A stretch of 51,625 nt of DNA from an uncultured Neisseriaceae bacterium (GTDB lineage: Bacteria; Pseudomonadota; Gammaproteobacteria; Burkholderiales; UBA11063): the NCBI GenBank assembly GCA_937952895.1, contig CALFYC010000090.1, forward strand, positions 1 through 51,625, in the 5' to 3' direction. Numbering within the stretch: position 1 is the stretch's first letter; the number at the start of each line of letters is the position of its first letter. The translations under genes were made by a program, and so were the position numbers. The notes under the pieces were generated by a model. The model searched no databases. It had not been told where the DNA came from and saw only the letters and a program-made list of their open reading frames with translations. Positions 23,601 to 31,668 of the stretch are shown one piece after another.

Positions 23601-26082
23601 GTAATATGTTTTGATTATTATCTAAAACATAGACTTGTTGATTAGGTAATGGTGTTCCAATATTTATATTATTAAAAGCATTTTCAGAGTTATATTCAAG
23701 AATTCCCGCAGTAGACCAAATTGTAGTTTCGGTCGGTCCATATATATTTATAACTTCTAAGGTTAAATCAGATCTACTTTTGAACATTTGATCTAATGTT
23801 CTTAAATAATTAATTGTTGTTTGAGTTACCATTTCACCACCAAGTAAAATTAATATTTTACGTGGTAGCAAGCCTAATTTTGACGAAATTTCGGCATGCT
23901 CTAAAAGCATTGGAAGTTTTGATGGAGTAATTTGAATAATATCGTACTCATCTAAATTAATACCTTGGTAAAAATACATAAAATCTAAAACATGCATGGT
24001 ATAACCATGAAATAAAGGTAGCATGTATTCTAAACCAAAGATATCAAAAGTATAATTAGTTGTACTTAAAATATTTAGGGAAGAGTCACTATTAAAAAAT
24101 TTGTTATATAAGCCATCAATGAAACAAGTCATATTTTGGTGCTCAACCATTACCCCTTTAGGGGTTCCAGTAGACCCACTAGTATAAATTACGCATGCTA
24201 ATTGGTTAGTATTTATATCTATTTTTAAATTAGAATCAGCAAACAAATCAACTTCATCTTGAATTAAATCGGGCACAATTAAGTTGATTCTATTTTGTAG
24301 TAAAGATGATTCAAGCAATCCAACAGAAATAGTCTCATTATCAGAATTTGCATTATACGATAGTAAAATTGATTCAACTCTATCTAAATATATCTGATTC
24401 GTGATAATAATTCTAGTTTTAGTATCATTAAGAATATGTTTTAGACGTTCTGGAACAAGATTAATCGAAACAGGAACATATGCTGCACCAGCTTTTAAAA
24501 TTGCTAAAATTGCAACCAAAATTTCAATTTTTGAATCTAAAAATAATACCACTAATTCCTCAGATTCTAAAATATAATTCGTTACTAAGTAATTAGCAAG
24601 TTGGTTTGCTCTACGATTTAACTCTAAATAAGTTATCTGTAATTCGCCAATTTCTATTGCAATATTATCCGGAGTTTTACTGACTTGATCTTCAAATAGT
24701 CTATGAATTAATGCTGGTTTAAGAGGCAACTCCATACCTTGACTGTAACTTTGTATGATAGTTGCATAATCTTTATTTTCTAATATTGCATAATTTTCTA
24801 ATGTATTATCGACTTTACTATGTAAATCGTTCACAATAAGCATAAAAAGCCGATTATAACTTTCAATAAATTTAGTAAGTAATACCTCATCAATTAATTG
24901 TTTATTAAAGCGGACTCTATAGTTGATTACCCCATGTGCTACTTCATATTCAAAAAATACTTTATAAGATGCGTCTGTTCGACTATATATAAATAATTCT
25001 AAAATATTATTTTCTGAAAATTGAGCATTTAAACCTGGATTTAAGGATTGAACAATACCAATATCTAAAATGGATTTATCATTAAATTTAATTATTTCAT
25101 TAAATGGACAATAGCGATAATTTATATTATCATCTTTTAATGATTTAAAAAAAGTTCTTACTTGTTTAATTATTTCAAGAATTGAATTTGAACTTTTAAA
25201 ATGATATGGAATTATAATGGTATTAACATGAGCACCATAAATAAAATTTCCACCTTCATTAATTGCAGTAGGGCAACTAATTCCAAAATCATTCTGTCCT
25301 GTATATCTATAAATTAAACATGCTAACACCATTTGGCCAAACATAAATGGCGTAATTTTATAGTTTCTAGTTACCGAGCTTACTTTTATTGATTGCTCTT
25401 TTGAAAAACCAAAAACCAAGTCTTTAATTAGATCTCGATTAGCTTTGTTAATTAAATTTTCATCTTTACTTATTGATAAGAATTTGGTATCAATTGGATT
25501 GATGTCAGCTAATTTCTTTTTCCAAAAAGATTTGTATTTATTTAAATTACTCTCTATTAAACCAGTAAGTTTTAAATTTAAATCATTAATTAAATCTATT
25601 TGTTCTTTTATGCTATATTGGGATTTATAATTTGCATCATTATAATAATTAATTAGATGGTCTAATACACCCATTTGCCGACTTCTACCGTCTATAACAA
25701 TATGATGGCAAACAATTGTTAATCTATATTTATTGGGTTTTTGTTTAATCAATAATGATCTATATAATGGCCCTAGTTCAAGATCAAAAGGTTTACTGAT
25801 ATAATCAAATAATTCTTCATCACTAAAATCCGTTTCACTATATTGAAGTTCATTAAAGTTAGTATTTTTAACCCAGAATAATTCTTCTTGATCAAATAAG
25901 ATATGACTATTTATAAGAACATGTGAATTTACAAAATTATTAATTGCTTGTTTTAATTTAGATACATCTATTTTGCCATAGATAAACATATCAGTAACTA
26001 AATTGCGATCGCCACTTTGTAAATTAGATTTCCATTCATAATAAAATGGCTTAGAAAAGGGCGAAAGTTTTATTCTATACAT
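17602..26082 (-). CDS. Hybrid NRPS-PKS: C-A-T-KS-AT-KR-ACP-TE
   Basis: C HHIVIDG; A YTSGSTGTPKG, YGPTETT, YKTGD, QVKIRGNRVEL, NGKLD; T FFELGGDS; KS TACSTS, HGTGT, KANIGH; AT FPGQGSQ, GNSLGE, HAYH; KR ITGGMGEIG, HAAG, YCATN; ACP FFKHGGTSL; TE HPIGG, GSSMGG, GNH. Confidence 0.95.
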   Translation of the reverse strand: MYRIKLSPFSKPFYYEWKSNLQSGDRNLVTDMFIYGKIDVSKLKQAINNFVNSHVLINSHILFDQEELFWVKNTNFNELQYSETDFSDEELFDYISKPFDLELGPLYRSLLIKQKPNKYRLTIVCHHIVIDGRSRQMGVLDHLINYYNDANYKSQYSIKEQIDLINDLNLKLTGLIESNLNKYKSFWKKKLADINPIDTKFLSISKDENLINKANRDLIKDLVFGFSKEQSIKVSSVTRNYKITPFMFGQMVLACLIYRYTGQNDFGISCPTAINEGGNFIYGAHVNTIIIPYHFKSSNSILEIIKQVRTFFKSLKDDNINYRYCPFNEIIKFNDKSILDIGIVQSLNPGLNAQFSENNILELFIYSRTDASYKVFFEYEVAHGVINYRVRFNKQLIDEVLLTKFIESYNRLFMLIVNDLHSKVDNTLENYAILENKDYATIIQSYSQGMELPLKPALIHRLFEDQVSKTPDNIAIEIGELQITYLELNRRANQLANYLVTNYILESEELVVLFLDSKIEILVAILAILKAGAAYVPVSINLVPERLKHILNDTKTRIIITNQIYLDRVESILLSYNANSDNETISVGLLESSLLQNRINLIVPDLIQDEVDLFADSNLKIDINTNQLACVIYTSGSTGTPKGVMVEHQNMTCFIDGLYNKFFNSDSSLNILSTTNYTFDIFGLEYMLPLFHGYTMHVLDFMYFYQGINLDEYDIIQITPSKLPMLLEHAEISSKLGLLPRKILILLGGEMVTQTTINYLRTLDQMFKSRSDLTLEVINIYGPTETTIWSTAGILEYNSENAFNNINIGTPLPNQQVYVLDNNQNILPIGSVGELYISGIGITRGYLNQPELTQHKFINHKFHEDVANINNKTIRLYKTGDLVRWHTRGYLEYIGRTDSQVKIRGNRVELKEVENKLIHYPGIKQAKVFAIPTEDQKNIRLIGYYVSDEFIKKDKLINYLRNNLFEYMIPSVLVPLKQFPINDNGKLDIKSLSNIKLPEIESYVPPTSQLENSIIKIWSDVLNIPKTRIGVTNSFFELGGDSILIVNLRNRLSKLEEFTNIEVADLFKYTTVQQLIEFTNDTNNGKIKIINKNNIIDKDKIAIISMSGAFSGADNLDEYWDLIQSGREGVKVFTQEECKNLGVLEDLFLNPNYIPVSGHIKDINKFDASFWGLSQKDASSLDPQIRKLLEHAWYLLDNAGYINQLADVNIGVFVGSGQSRYSSSTNDPQDTLNIWEAANFNSTTTLATRISYLLGLTGPANNINTACSTSLVAIIEACKNLVSGYCDMAIAGGVTLLMPNETGYIYQEGMILSKDGHCRPFDNDASGTIAGSGVGLVLLKRLSDAIKDQDNIVAVIQGYATNNDGNRKLSFTAPSILGQKECIVNAQLSAEITSDQIDYIECHGTGTRLGDPIELKALHEAFIANDNKMNDHKCILGSVKANIGHTDTAAGVAGVIKVCKMFEQNIIPQQINYAIPNSEINFKEKNFAIVTKNLSWNNQKSKPRFAGVSSFGIGGTNAHIILSDFNEHDKIIKHNSDNIDREKLKYILPISAKSIQSLELYLQDFINYLETTKDSIQDIAYTLQIHKKAFQYKLAIVCDSVVDAIEKFKNFNANAIFKSEGITSSQNVVFMFPGQGSQYPNMGADLYKNSLEYKEIVDECLEIVNKEKNIDFAQVLFPEIFNNGNQTYDINQTEFAQPAIFIISYSLAILLEKFGISPSVYLGNSLGELVAATLSGVFSLDDAIKIVIARGQLMQSMQAGKMLAVDIGPIEIKQFIDNKCELAVVTSPKSCIVSGNEEDITVLKSTLDKNGIGSILLSVSHAYHSYLMEDAAKELIHKFDGITLNVPKRKFISNLTGDFITDEDAISPYYWSKHMRNTVELGKGIETIFNNYESPFFIEVGPCKSLITSTITKNNKGMHKYIGIQILNSYKQSNVQDSIYYKEDILSRLWLNGYKVDFKKYYNSAYNVCVPIPRYHFDSKIAYNKSLISENYNKLTLLPSDRWISAPVWKRVSKLSKNEMPKVNLNILIFKNILCNSFDFLERFGTVFIEINNEIESYQYLDNGRLVINSGSEDAYKEIMKYLSINKIEPNIVIHAVTAEKIPMKWNKVDDELIKGYYSIFLLKKEILDTMYCIKRFIVLTQGLLKIDEYDNINPCNGSLVGMIRTIKHENVNINSCIVDIECSSRVNPDILLNFILNENSYISQNPYAFRFGYLWLESFENISIDHSNNKNIIEEKDVILITGGMGEIGLAIAKKISTLYNVTFILVGRTNVLDKNISDKLIQHKLTIIKEIEDSGSKVVIKTCDISSRHKISALINGLQEEYKYISGIIHAAGMAPIPCNQKTFKNIKLAAQAKIHGSANLIYALENTAKIKYFVAISSLASTLGDINRIEYCATNSFLDYLSESTTPYLDSCRLLTINWPSWKETAMLKSVDMSNQYYKFISDSSITNLEGGELFENLIKNVNISHAIVSKFDISEVINNAFRVSSHIGEDNIENICGLVVEENLTEKHYQIAKIFLDLLQVEKISIYDNFFKHGGTSLDAIKLITELKKYEINLSLLDITLYNTIEKIYKFHIDAKNKDSVNKILIPLALHNKSNKNIFFIHPIGGSVIFYLDIIEGLPKIYNYYGIQNINISGVQLIKTSNFEELCKIYVEEILKIQPDGEYIFIGSSMGGNLSFEMGRQLSASGKFIKYLIMLDSWTIFNNNYKNEATFKSIMQDQIQYDKRLLNISNDFDIDILLNARWQLMQLLINYKPRKFDTKILLLKAMIEDKLNFSKDGSLDNGWQQFTDVPVEVFKVPGNHETMHIGIGLKEIIRILNNILLN

Positions 26083-26324
26083 GATTTTTTAAATCCAATA
26101 TAAAATAAATAAAAAATTTGGGCTGCATCTAATAATTTTCATAATCATGAATCCAAATTAAACTTATACAATCTACATCTGCTGATTTTAAATTTACAAG
26201 AAACTTTACATCAATCTATAATTTTAACATTGTTATTTAAGCAATTTATTTATTTTATGCCGCGATGCACTATAAAATAAATTTACACAAATGTTCTAAG
26301 ATTGAATTAATAATTTAAATAGAA

Positions 26325-26353
26325 ATAGGGTAATACTCTACTTATTACCCTAT
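26325..26353 (-). terminator. Hairpin downstream of the protease gene, probable terminator
   Basis: Perfect 11-bp stem ATAGGGTAATA/TATTACCCTAT with a 7-nt loop, 4 nt past the stop codon. Confidence 0.7.
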
Positions 26354-26357
26354 ATAA

Positions 26358-28037
26358 TTAGGAATGTTCACAACTGATTAAGCCAGCTAAATCTCTTAAT
26401 GCAACCTTATCGTTAATTTTTATTAAAGTACTCCAAGCAGCTAATGCAGTTTTATATAAATAAACTCTTCTTAATAACTGCTTTTCTTTTTCTAATTGAC
26501 TAATTTGATCATTTTTTTGATCTATTTGATTACTCAAATCTTGTGCATCTTTAACCGCATTAGCTAAAGAATCTAAATTCTGATTAATTGCAAAGCTTTC
26601 AATAATATCAAAACGATTTTCATTATAATCAACTAGATCAGAATCATTCTCATGAATAGCTAAATATTGTAAAAACAACATCGGTGCTTGAAATGGCTCT
26701 AATAACATTTTATTATCTACAATTGGAAAATATAATTCATCTTCCATTTTATATTGTTTACTCGTTAACCCTGGTACTGAATGATTTTCAACATAAGGAC
26801 GCCACATTGGATAGATTGTATTTACCATCAAAGTATTGAATAGGAAAAAGTTCTTTTGTTTAACTTCAAGATTTTTTGCAGCAATATCTTTTTCAAAATT
26901 ACTAATATATTTCTTTTGACCATCCAAAGTCAGACTAAAAAAGCGCCTATCTTTAGGATATTTTGCCATAATTAATTTTTGATCACGTTCAATTAAATGC
27001 TTAAATTGATTATAGTCTTTATTATTTGTCACCAAATATTTTAAGTAATTCTTATAAATATTCTTTACATACGAACCACTATAACCAGATATACGCGATT
27101 TAAAATTTTTGCTATCAAATAACTCTGCCCATTGTAATAAATAATAATCTGATGTAGTTAATGGAATATCTACAGTTTTATCTTCTAATACAGCATTTTG
27201 ATGAGCACTAAACATATTAGTAGCAGGATTTCTAATCATCTCTCCCGTTGGAATGCTAATTCCGGTATACCACTCTGTAAAAGAACGTTCGTAACCTTGG
27301 TAACTAGGTCCATCAGCAGTTGCAGTACAGCCACTTGCATAATGATCAGGAGTTGATGCGGTAAAACCACAAATTTTAGGATTCGCTGTTGGGTACCCAT
27401 TTTTATCAGTTACTGATAATTGATGAAAGCCGCCTGAATAACATTGTGACATTTCAAAAATTACGTGCTTTGCTGGCACCACATTTAAAAGATTCGCTAA
27501 AGCATTTTTAGACATACAAACTTTAGCAAAATCATCTTTATTCGCAAAATTATTAACTAAAGTCTTATCAAAATTCCATAAATCAATGCAATTATCTGAA
27601 TATTCACCCTGGCTTTTATCATTCATAAATAAATTAGGTAGCCCATGATCACTTACAAATATACGTAAATTATCTTGCGAACCCATCTCATTAATATCTG
27701 AACTAAAGAAATATTGATAAATATTGCTCTTCGTTGCCGCCATATTATTCTCAATAATCCCAGGAATCATTTGATCAACATCGTCATCATTAACCGTAAC
27801 AATTTTGTGTACATCCGGAAATGGTTTTTTAGTTTCAGGATTATTTCCCATCCCAAAAAATACTGTTACATTATCCTCACCATTTTTATCAACTAAATAA
27901 TCATACATTGTTTTAGTTTGTAAATATTGTGAATAGTGATTAAGCCCAGGATTATCTCCACCGGATACAACTAAAATTTGATCATTTGCAAAAGCAATAA
28001 TTGGGAAAAATAAGAAAGCTAGATATCTAATTGACAT
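26358..28037 (-). CDS. Secreted clan CD cysteine peptidase (C13 legumain-like/caspase-fold) with helical C-terminal region
   Basis: ATG at 28037 after AGGTGA; signal peptide ending IAFA; LVVSGG; catalytic His motif FVSDHG and Cys motif MSQCYSGGF; C-terminal coiled coil. Confidence 0.75.
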   Translation of the reverse strand: MSIRYLAFLFFPIIAFANDQILVVSGGDNPGLNHYSQYLQTKTMYDYLVDKNGEDNVTVFFGMGNNPETKKPFPDVHKIVTVNDDDVDQMIPGIIENNMAATKSNIYQYFFSSDINEMGSQDNLRIFVSDHGLPNLFMNDKSQGEYSDNCIDLWNFDKTLVNNFANKDDFAKVCMSKNALANLLNVVPAKHVIFEMSQCYSGGFHQLSVTDKNGYPTANPKICGFTASTPDHYASGCTATADGPSYQGYERSFTEWYTGISIPTGEMIRNPATNMFSAHQNAVLEDKTVDIPLTTSDYYLLQWAELFDSKNFKSRISGYSGSYVKNIYKNYLKYLVTNNKDYNQFKHLIERDQKLIMAKYPKDRRFFSLTLDGQKKYISNFEKDIAAKNLEVKQKNFFLFNTLMVNTIYPMWRPYVENHSVPGLTSKQYKMEDELYFPIVDNKMLLEPFQAPMLFLQYLAIHENDSDLVDYNENRFDIIESFAINQNLDSLANAVKDAQDLSNQIDQKNDQISQLEKEKQLLRRVYLYKTALAAWSTLIKINDKVALRDLAGLISCEHS

Positions 28038-28060
28038 ATTATTTGTCACCTAATCTGCAA

Positions 28061-28136
<76 letters not shown>

Positions 28137-28143
28137 AACAAAA

Positions 28144-28219
28144 TGGTGCCGGCGAAAGGAATTGAACCCTCGACCTTCTGATTACAAGTCAGCTGCTCTA
28201 CCTACTGAGCTACACCGGC
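28144..28219 (-). tRNA. tRNA-Thr(TGT)
   Basis: GCCGGTGTAGCTCAGTAGGTAGAGCAGCTGACTTGTAATCAG...GTTCAATTCC...CGCCGGCACCA; anticodon loop CTTGTAA. Confidence 0.97.
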
Positions 28220-28229
28220 ATTATTTTTT

Positions 28230-28306
<77 letters not shown>

Positions 28307-28325
28307 TCTTAATGTTGAGTTAATT

Positions 28326-28354
28326 ATTTTATACTAAAACGCATTTATTGTCAA
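28326..28354 (-). promoter_or_regulatory. Sigma70 promoter of the tRNA operon
   Basis: TTGACA (28354-28349), 17-nt spacer, TAAAAT (28331-28326), 19 nt upstream of tRNA-Met. Confidence 0.8.
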
Positions 28355-28489
28355 GCATATTTTCTTATGATGTCAATTTTGAATTACTGTTTAACAGCCA
28401 AATTTTCACTTTTGTAGACTAGATGGTTATGACTCAGAGCAAGGCTTTTATAACCCAAATTAAATGATTATTATATATAGAATAAAATC

Positions 28490-28514
28490 AAAAAACCCTG
28501 GGGGTGCCCAGGGT
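28490..28514 (-). terminator. Intrinsic terminator
   Basis: ACCCTGGG/CCCAGGGT stem with a 4-nt loop, followed by a T-run on the minus strand, just after the 28526 stop. Confidence 0.8.
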
Positions 28515-28525
28515 AATGTTATAAA

Positions 28526-29113
28526 TTAATGTTTTTTATGATTTAACATATTAGGAACTGATGCTTCACATGGTGCTAATCCAGTTCCATTATAGATTAC
28601 TTGCACATTCGCAATTGATGGATCAGATAAAAAATCAAATTCTATACTATTACCATCTGGATTTGGCTCAACTATACACTTCCCACTTACCACATGGGAT
28701 ATTATTTTATCTGAGTTGAAATTAAGATCTACTTGGCAACCATAACTCTCTGGTAAACCGCTATAAGCTACTACTAATTCATAGCTAGATTTTGAATAAC
28801 TCTGTGTTTGCCAATCTGTTCCTCTTGAAAGAGCAATACCTCTTTCTGTAAATTCTACACCATCACTAACCTGATAATTAGATGAAGTTGGTGTTGATGG
28901 TTGGCTATAAATTCCAAATGTATCTGAATCAATTGAACCAAAATCACGAGCTTTACCCGCCTGAATAGTAGCAGACTCTACTAGACCAGGTTTTATTAAA
29001 ATTGGCTTTTGATCTTTAGATGCATTAATGACAGTTATATCATTTACAGCAAATCCAGCAACAGAAAAAAACGTTAGTAATGAACCAAGTATTGTCATTT
29101 TAATTTTTAACAT
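28526..29113 (-). CDS. Hypothetical secreted protein
   Basis: 195 aa, GAGGT RBS, signal peptide ending AGFA, beta-rich mature region; no family recognised. Confidence 0.7.
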   Translation of the reverse strand: MLKIKMTILGSLLTFFSVAGFAVNDITVINASKDQKPILIKPGLVESATIQAGKARDFGSIDSDTFGIYSQPSTPTSSNYQVSDGVEFTERGIALSRGTDWQTQSYSKSSYELVVAYSGLPESYGCQVDLNFNSDKIISHVVSGKCIVEPNPDGNSIEFDFLSDPSIANVQVIYNGTGLAPCEASVPNMLNHKKH

Positions 29114-29467
29114 TACAATTACCTCAAAAATAATAATATTTAATAAATTATAGTATATAACTTGTGCATTATATCATGAATATTATTATATGATTTAAAA
29201 ATCGGTATTCAAACATAATCATTAGACAGATCAACAGAAAGAATTGATTTTAAAAATATTTAATGGATTATCAGCTTACGAAGCATACTATGGTGTTAAT
29301 TTAATGATGTGTACTAACAAATACAAAAAGTTGGCAAATTCAGAGCCGAGATGCGAAGACGTCTAAAATTCCACTATTACTATACATTTCATCGGCCTAT
29401 TATTTAGCAAGAATGTTATTTGATCAATCAAGAGTTGAATAAATATTTTTTGGGATGATTGCATAAT

Positions 29468-29995
29468 TTATTGATTCTCTCTTTCTAAATCTATAAGATA
29501 AGATTTTCTATCAATACCACCTGCAAAACCGACTAATTTACCATTACTACCAACCACACGATGGCAAGGTATAATAATTGAAATTGGATTTAGACGGTTT
29601 GCCATTCCTACCGCACGGGCTTTATTTGAGTTGCCAATTTTTGCTGCTTGATTAGCATAAGAAATCTTTGTAGCATAAGGAATTTTAATTAGTTCATTCC
29701 AAGCATCCATTTGAAACTTTGTGCCATTTAGCACAAGTGGTAAATCAAAAGTTTTGCGTATACCTTCAAAATATTCTAATAGCTGCTTTTTTGTATTTAG
29801 AATAATTCTATCGTTATCATTAAATATTAATTTATCAAGTAATTCATCCCAATTATGCCCCACTAAATCACAATCCCATAAAACAGCATGTAATCCATTT
29901 ATTGAAGTTATAATGGTTAATTTACCCACCGGTGAATCCATATAACTATAATATCCACTTTTTGGTAAGAAATTTATATATCTAGCTTTTGCCAT
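29468..29995 (-). CDS. ogt: Methylated-DNA-protein-cysteine S-methyltransferase (Ogt/AdaB)
   Basis: SPVGKL, GTKFQ, ARAVG, active site IIPCHRVVG. Confidence 0.93.
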   Translation of the reverse strand: MAKARYINFLPKSGYYSYMDSPVGKLTIITSINGLHAVLWDCDLVGHNWDELLDKLIFNDNDRIILNTKKQLLEYFEGIRKTFDLPLVLNGTKFQMDAWNELIKIPYATKISYANQAAKIGNSNKARAVGMANRLNPISIIIPCHRVVGSNGKLVGFAGGIDRKSYLIDLERENQ

Positions 29996-29997
29996 AA

Positions 29998-31419
29998 TTA
30001 TTCCTTTAAATTAATATTCCAAAGTAATATCGCAGCATAAGATCGCCATGGCACCCATTTTGATGGATCTAATTTAAGCATTATAACTTTCTTTTGTAAT
30101 TCAAGATCATTTAATGGAAAACTATTTGGATCTCTTAAAGCTCGCATAGCGATATACTCAACAGTCCATGGGCCAATGCCTTTTATTTGTAGTAATTTCT
30201 GACAAGTTTCATTAAAATCCGCAGTTCCATCAAGAATAATATTATTATTAATTACCTCTTTTGCTAATGTTCGTATTGTTTCAATCTTGGAGGTTGGTAA
30301 TCCAATCTTAGCTAAATCAGCATTAAGGATATTCTCCGGAGTTGGAAAAAAACGTTTAAGTTTTAGCGAATCATCAAAAAATTGCTCTTCACCACAAAGA
30401 TTTACTATTTTATTCAAGATAGTATGTGCTACTTTAACACTTATTCTTTGCCCAATTAGCGCTCGAATAGCTAATTCAAATCCATCCCAACTACCAGGAA
30501 TTCTTAAACCATTAAATTTTTTTACAAATGAAGTTAATTTTGGATCTAGCATTAACATACTCTCAATTGCCATTGGGTCACAGTCTAAATCAAAAATATT
30601 TTTTATGCGCGTAATAAATTCAATCAAATTAGCATTTTTATTTAATCTAAATTCAATATTAATTTTGTTTGATTCTAAAAAAGTCACCTTAAACCAACCA
30701 CGTATTTGGTCTAAACTAATTAATCTTTCATAACTAGTATCTGTAACTAACTCCATTTCTGGAATTAAACGATTTTTAAAAAAATTTAATAAAGAATTCC
30801 ATGCATAAGGTGGACGATAACTTAACTCTAAATTTATCTGTTGCTTTAATGTTGAGGTATTACTTCTTAGTGCAGAAGGCACCTTATTAAATCTGGTTTT
30901 AAATGCATCATTAAAACGTCTAATAGAATTGAATCCTGAATTAAAGGCAATATCAGTAATCGATAAATTTGATTGATATAATAAATTTCTCGCAATATCT
31001 AATTTTTTAGATAGTAATATTGCCTGAGGGCTTATTCCCACTTGCTGCTGAAACAATTTTCTTAAATGACGATCACTAATTCCCAATTTAGTAGCCAAAT
31101 TATTAATTGATAATTTCTCTAGAGCATGAGTATCCATTATGCGTAAAGCTCTTTTTACTACAGCAGAAGTTCCAACCCATGCAGCTGATCCTGGAGCTGT
31201 TTCTGGCCGACATCGAATGCAAGGTCTGTAGCCATTTTTCTCTGCTTGAAATGCATGAATATAAAATTCAAGATTTTCTAATTTAGCTTTTCTAGCTGGA
31301 CAAGTTGGTCTACAGTAAATTTTAGTAGTCTTAACCGCCACAAAAAATTTACCATCAAATCTTTGGTCACGAGATAAATGAGCTTTATACAATTCAATTT
31401 TGTCATAATTTAATTTCAT
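29998..31419 (-). CDS. alkA: AdaA-AlkA fusion: Ada Zn-binding domain, AraC HTH and 3-methyladenine DNA glycosylase II
   Basis: YCRPTC and RPCIRC Zn ligands; AraC HTH (IAFNSGFNSIRRFN); AlkA N-domain YRPPY.W; HhH KGIGPWT; catalytic Asp in FPLND; W.PWRSYA. Confidence 0.93.
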   Translation of the reverse strand: MKLNYDKIELYKAHLSRDQRFDGKFFVAVKTTKIYCRPTCPARKAKLENLEFYIHAFQAEKNGYRPCIRCRPETAPGSAAWVGTSAVVKRALRIMDTHALEKLSINNLATKLGISDRHLRKLFQQQVGISPQAILLSKKLDIARNLLYQSNLSITDIAFNSGFNSIRRFNDAFKTRFNKVPSALRSNTSTLKQQINLELSYRPPYAWNSLLNFFKNRLIPEMELVTDTSYERLISLDQIRGWFKVTFLESNKINIEFRLNKNANLIEFITRIKNIFDLDCDPMAIESMLMLDPKLTSFVKKFNGLRIPGSWDGFELAIRALIGQRISVKVAHTILNKIVNLCGEEQFFDDSLKLKRFFPTPENILNADLAKIGLPTSKIETIRTLAKEVINNNIILDGTADFNETCQKLLQIKGIGPWTVEYIAMRALRDPNSFPLNDLELQKKVIMLKLDPSKWVPWRSYAAILLWNINLKE

Positions 31420-31427
31420 AGTAAGGA

Positions 31428-31468
31428 ATCATAACATAACAAATTATAAGTAAATAGCCAAAATCGGA
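31428..31468 (-). promoter_or_regulatory. Putative leaderless extended -10 promoter and upstream operator of adaA-alkA
   Basis: TGTTATGAT ends 8 nt before the ATG, with no SD. A relatively GC-rich TCCGATTTTGGCTA at 31468-31455 sits in the -35 to -48 zone. Confidence 0.4.
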
Positions 31469-31668
31469 AGTTGATTTTAATACTTACTTTTATTAATTTT
31501 AATTCAAATATATCTACTATAGATTAATTCTTAAATTTTAGGTTAATTTTAAAGATGTTAATTTGCAATACAAATTGTTAAACTGCATCGTTATTGAAAT
31601 TTTTAAAAGTACTATCTAGTTAAAACCTTATAAGAATTTATTTAAAACTTAGATAAAAAGGAGTATCA

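Noticed and set aside
26358-28037. Protease as a prodrug-activating part of the NRPS-PKS cluster
   Set aside because: A strong hairpin and a ~275-nt spacer separate it from the synthase, and it is not a ClbP-type serine peptidase.
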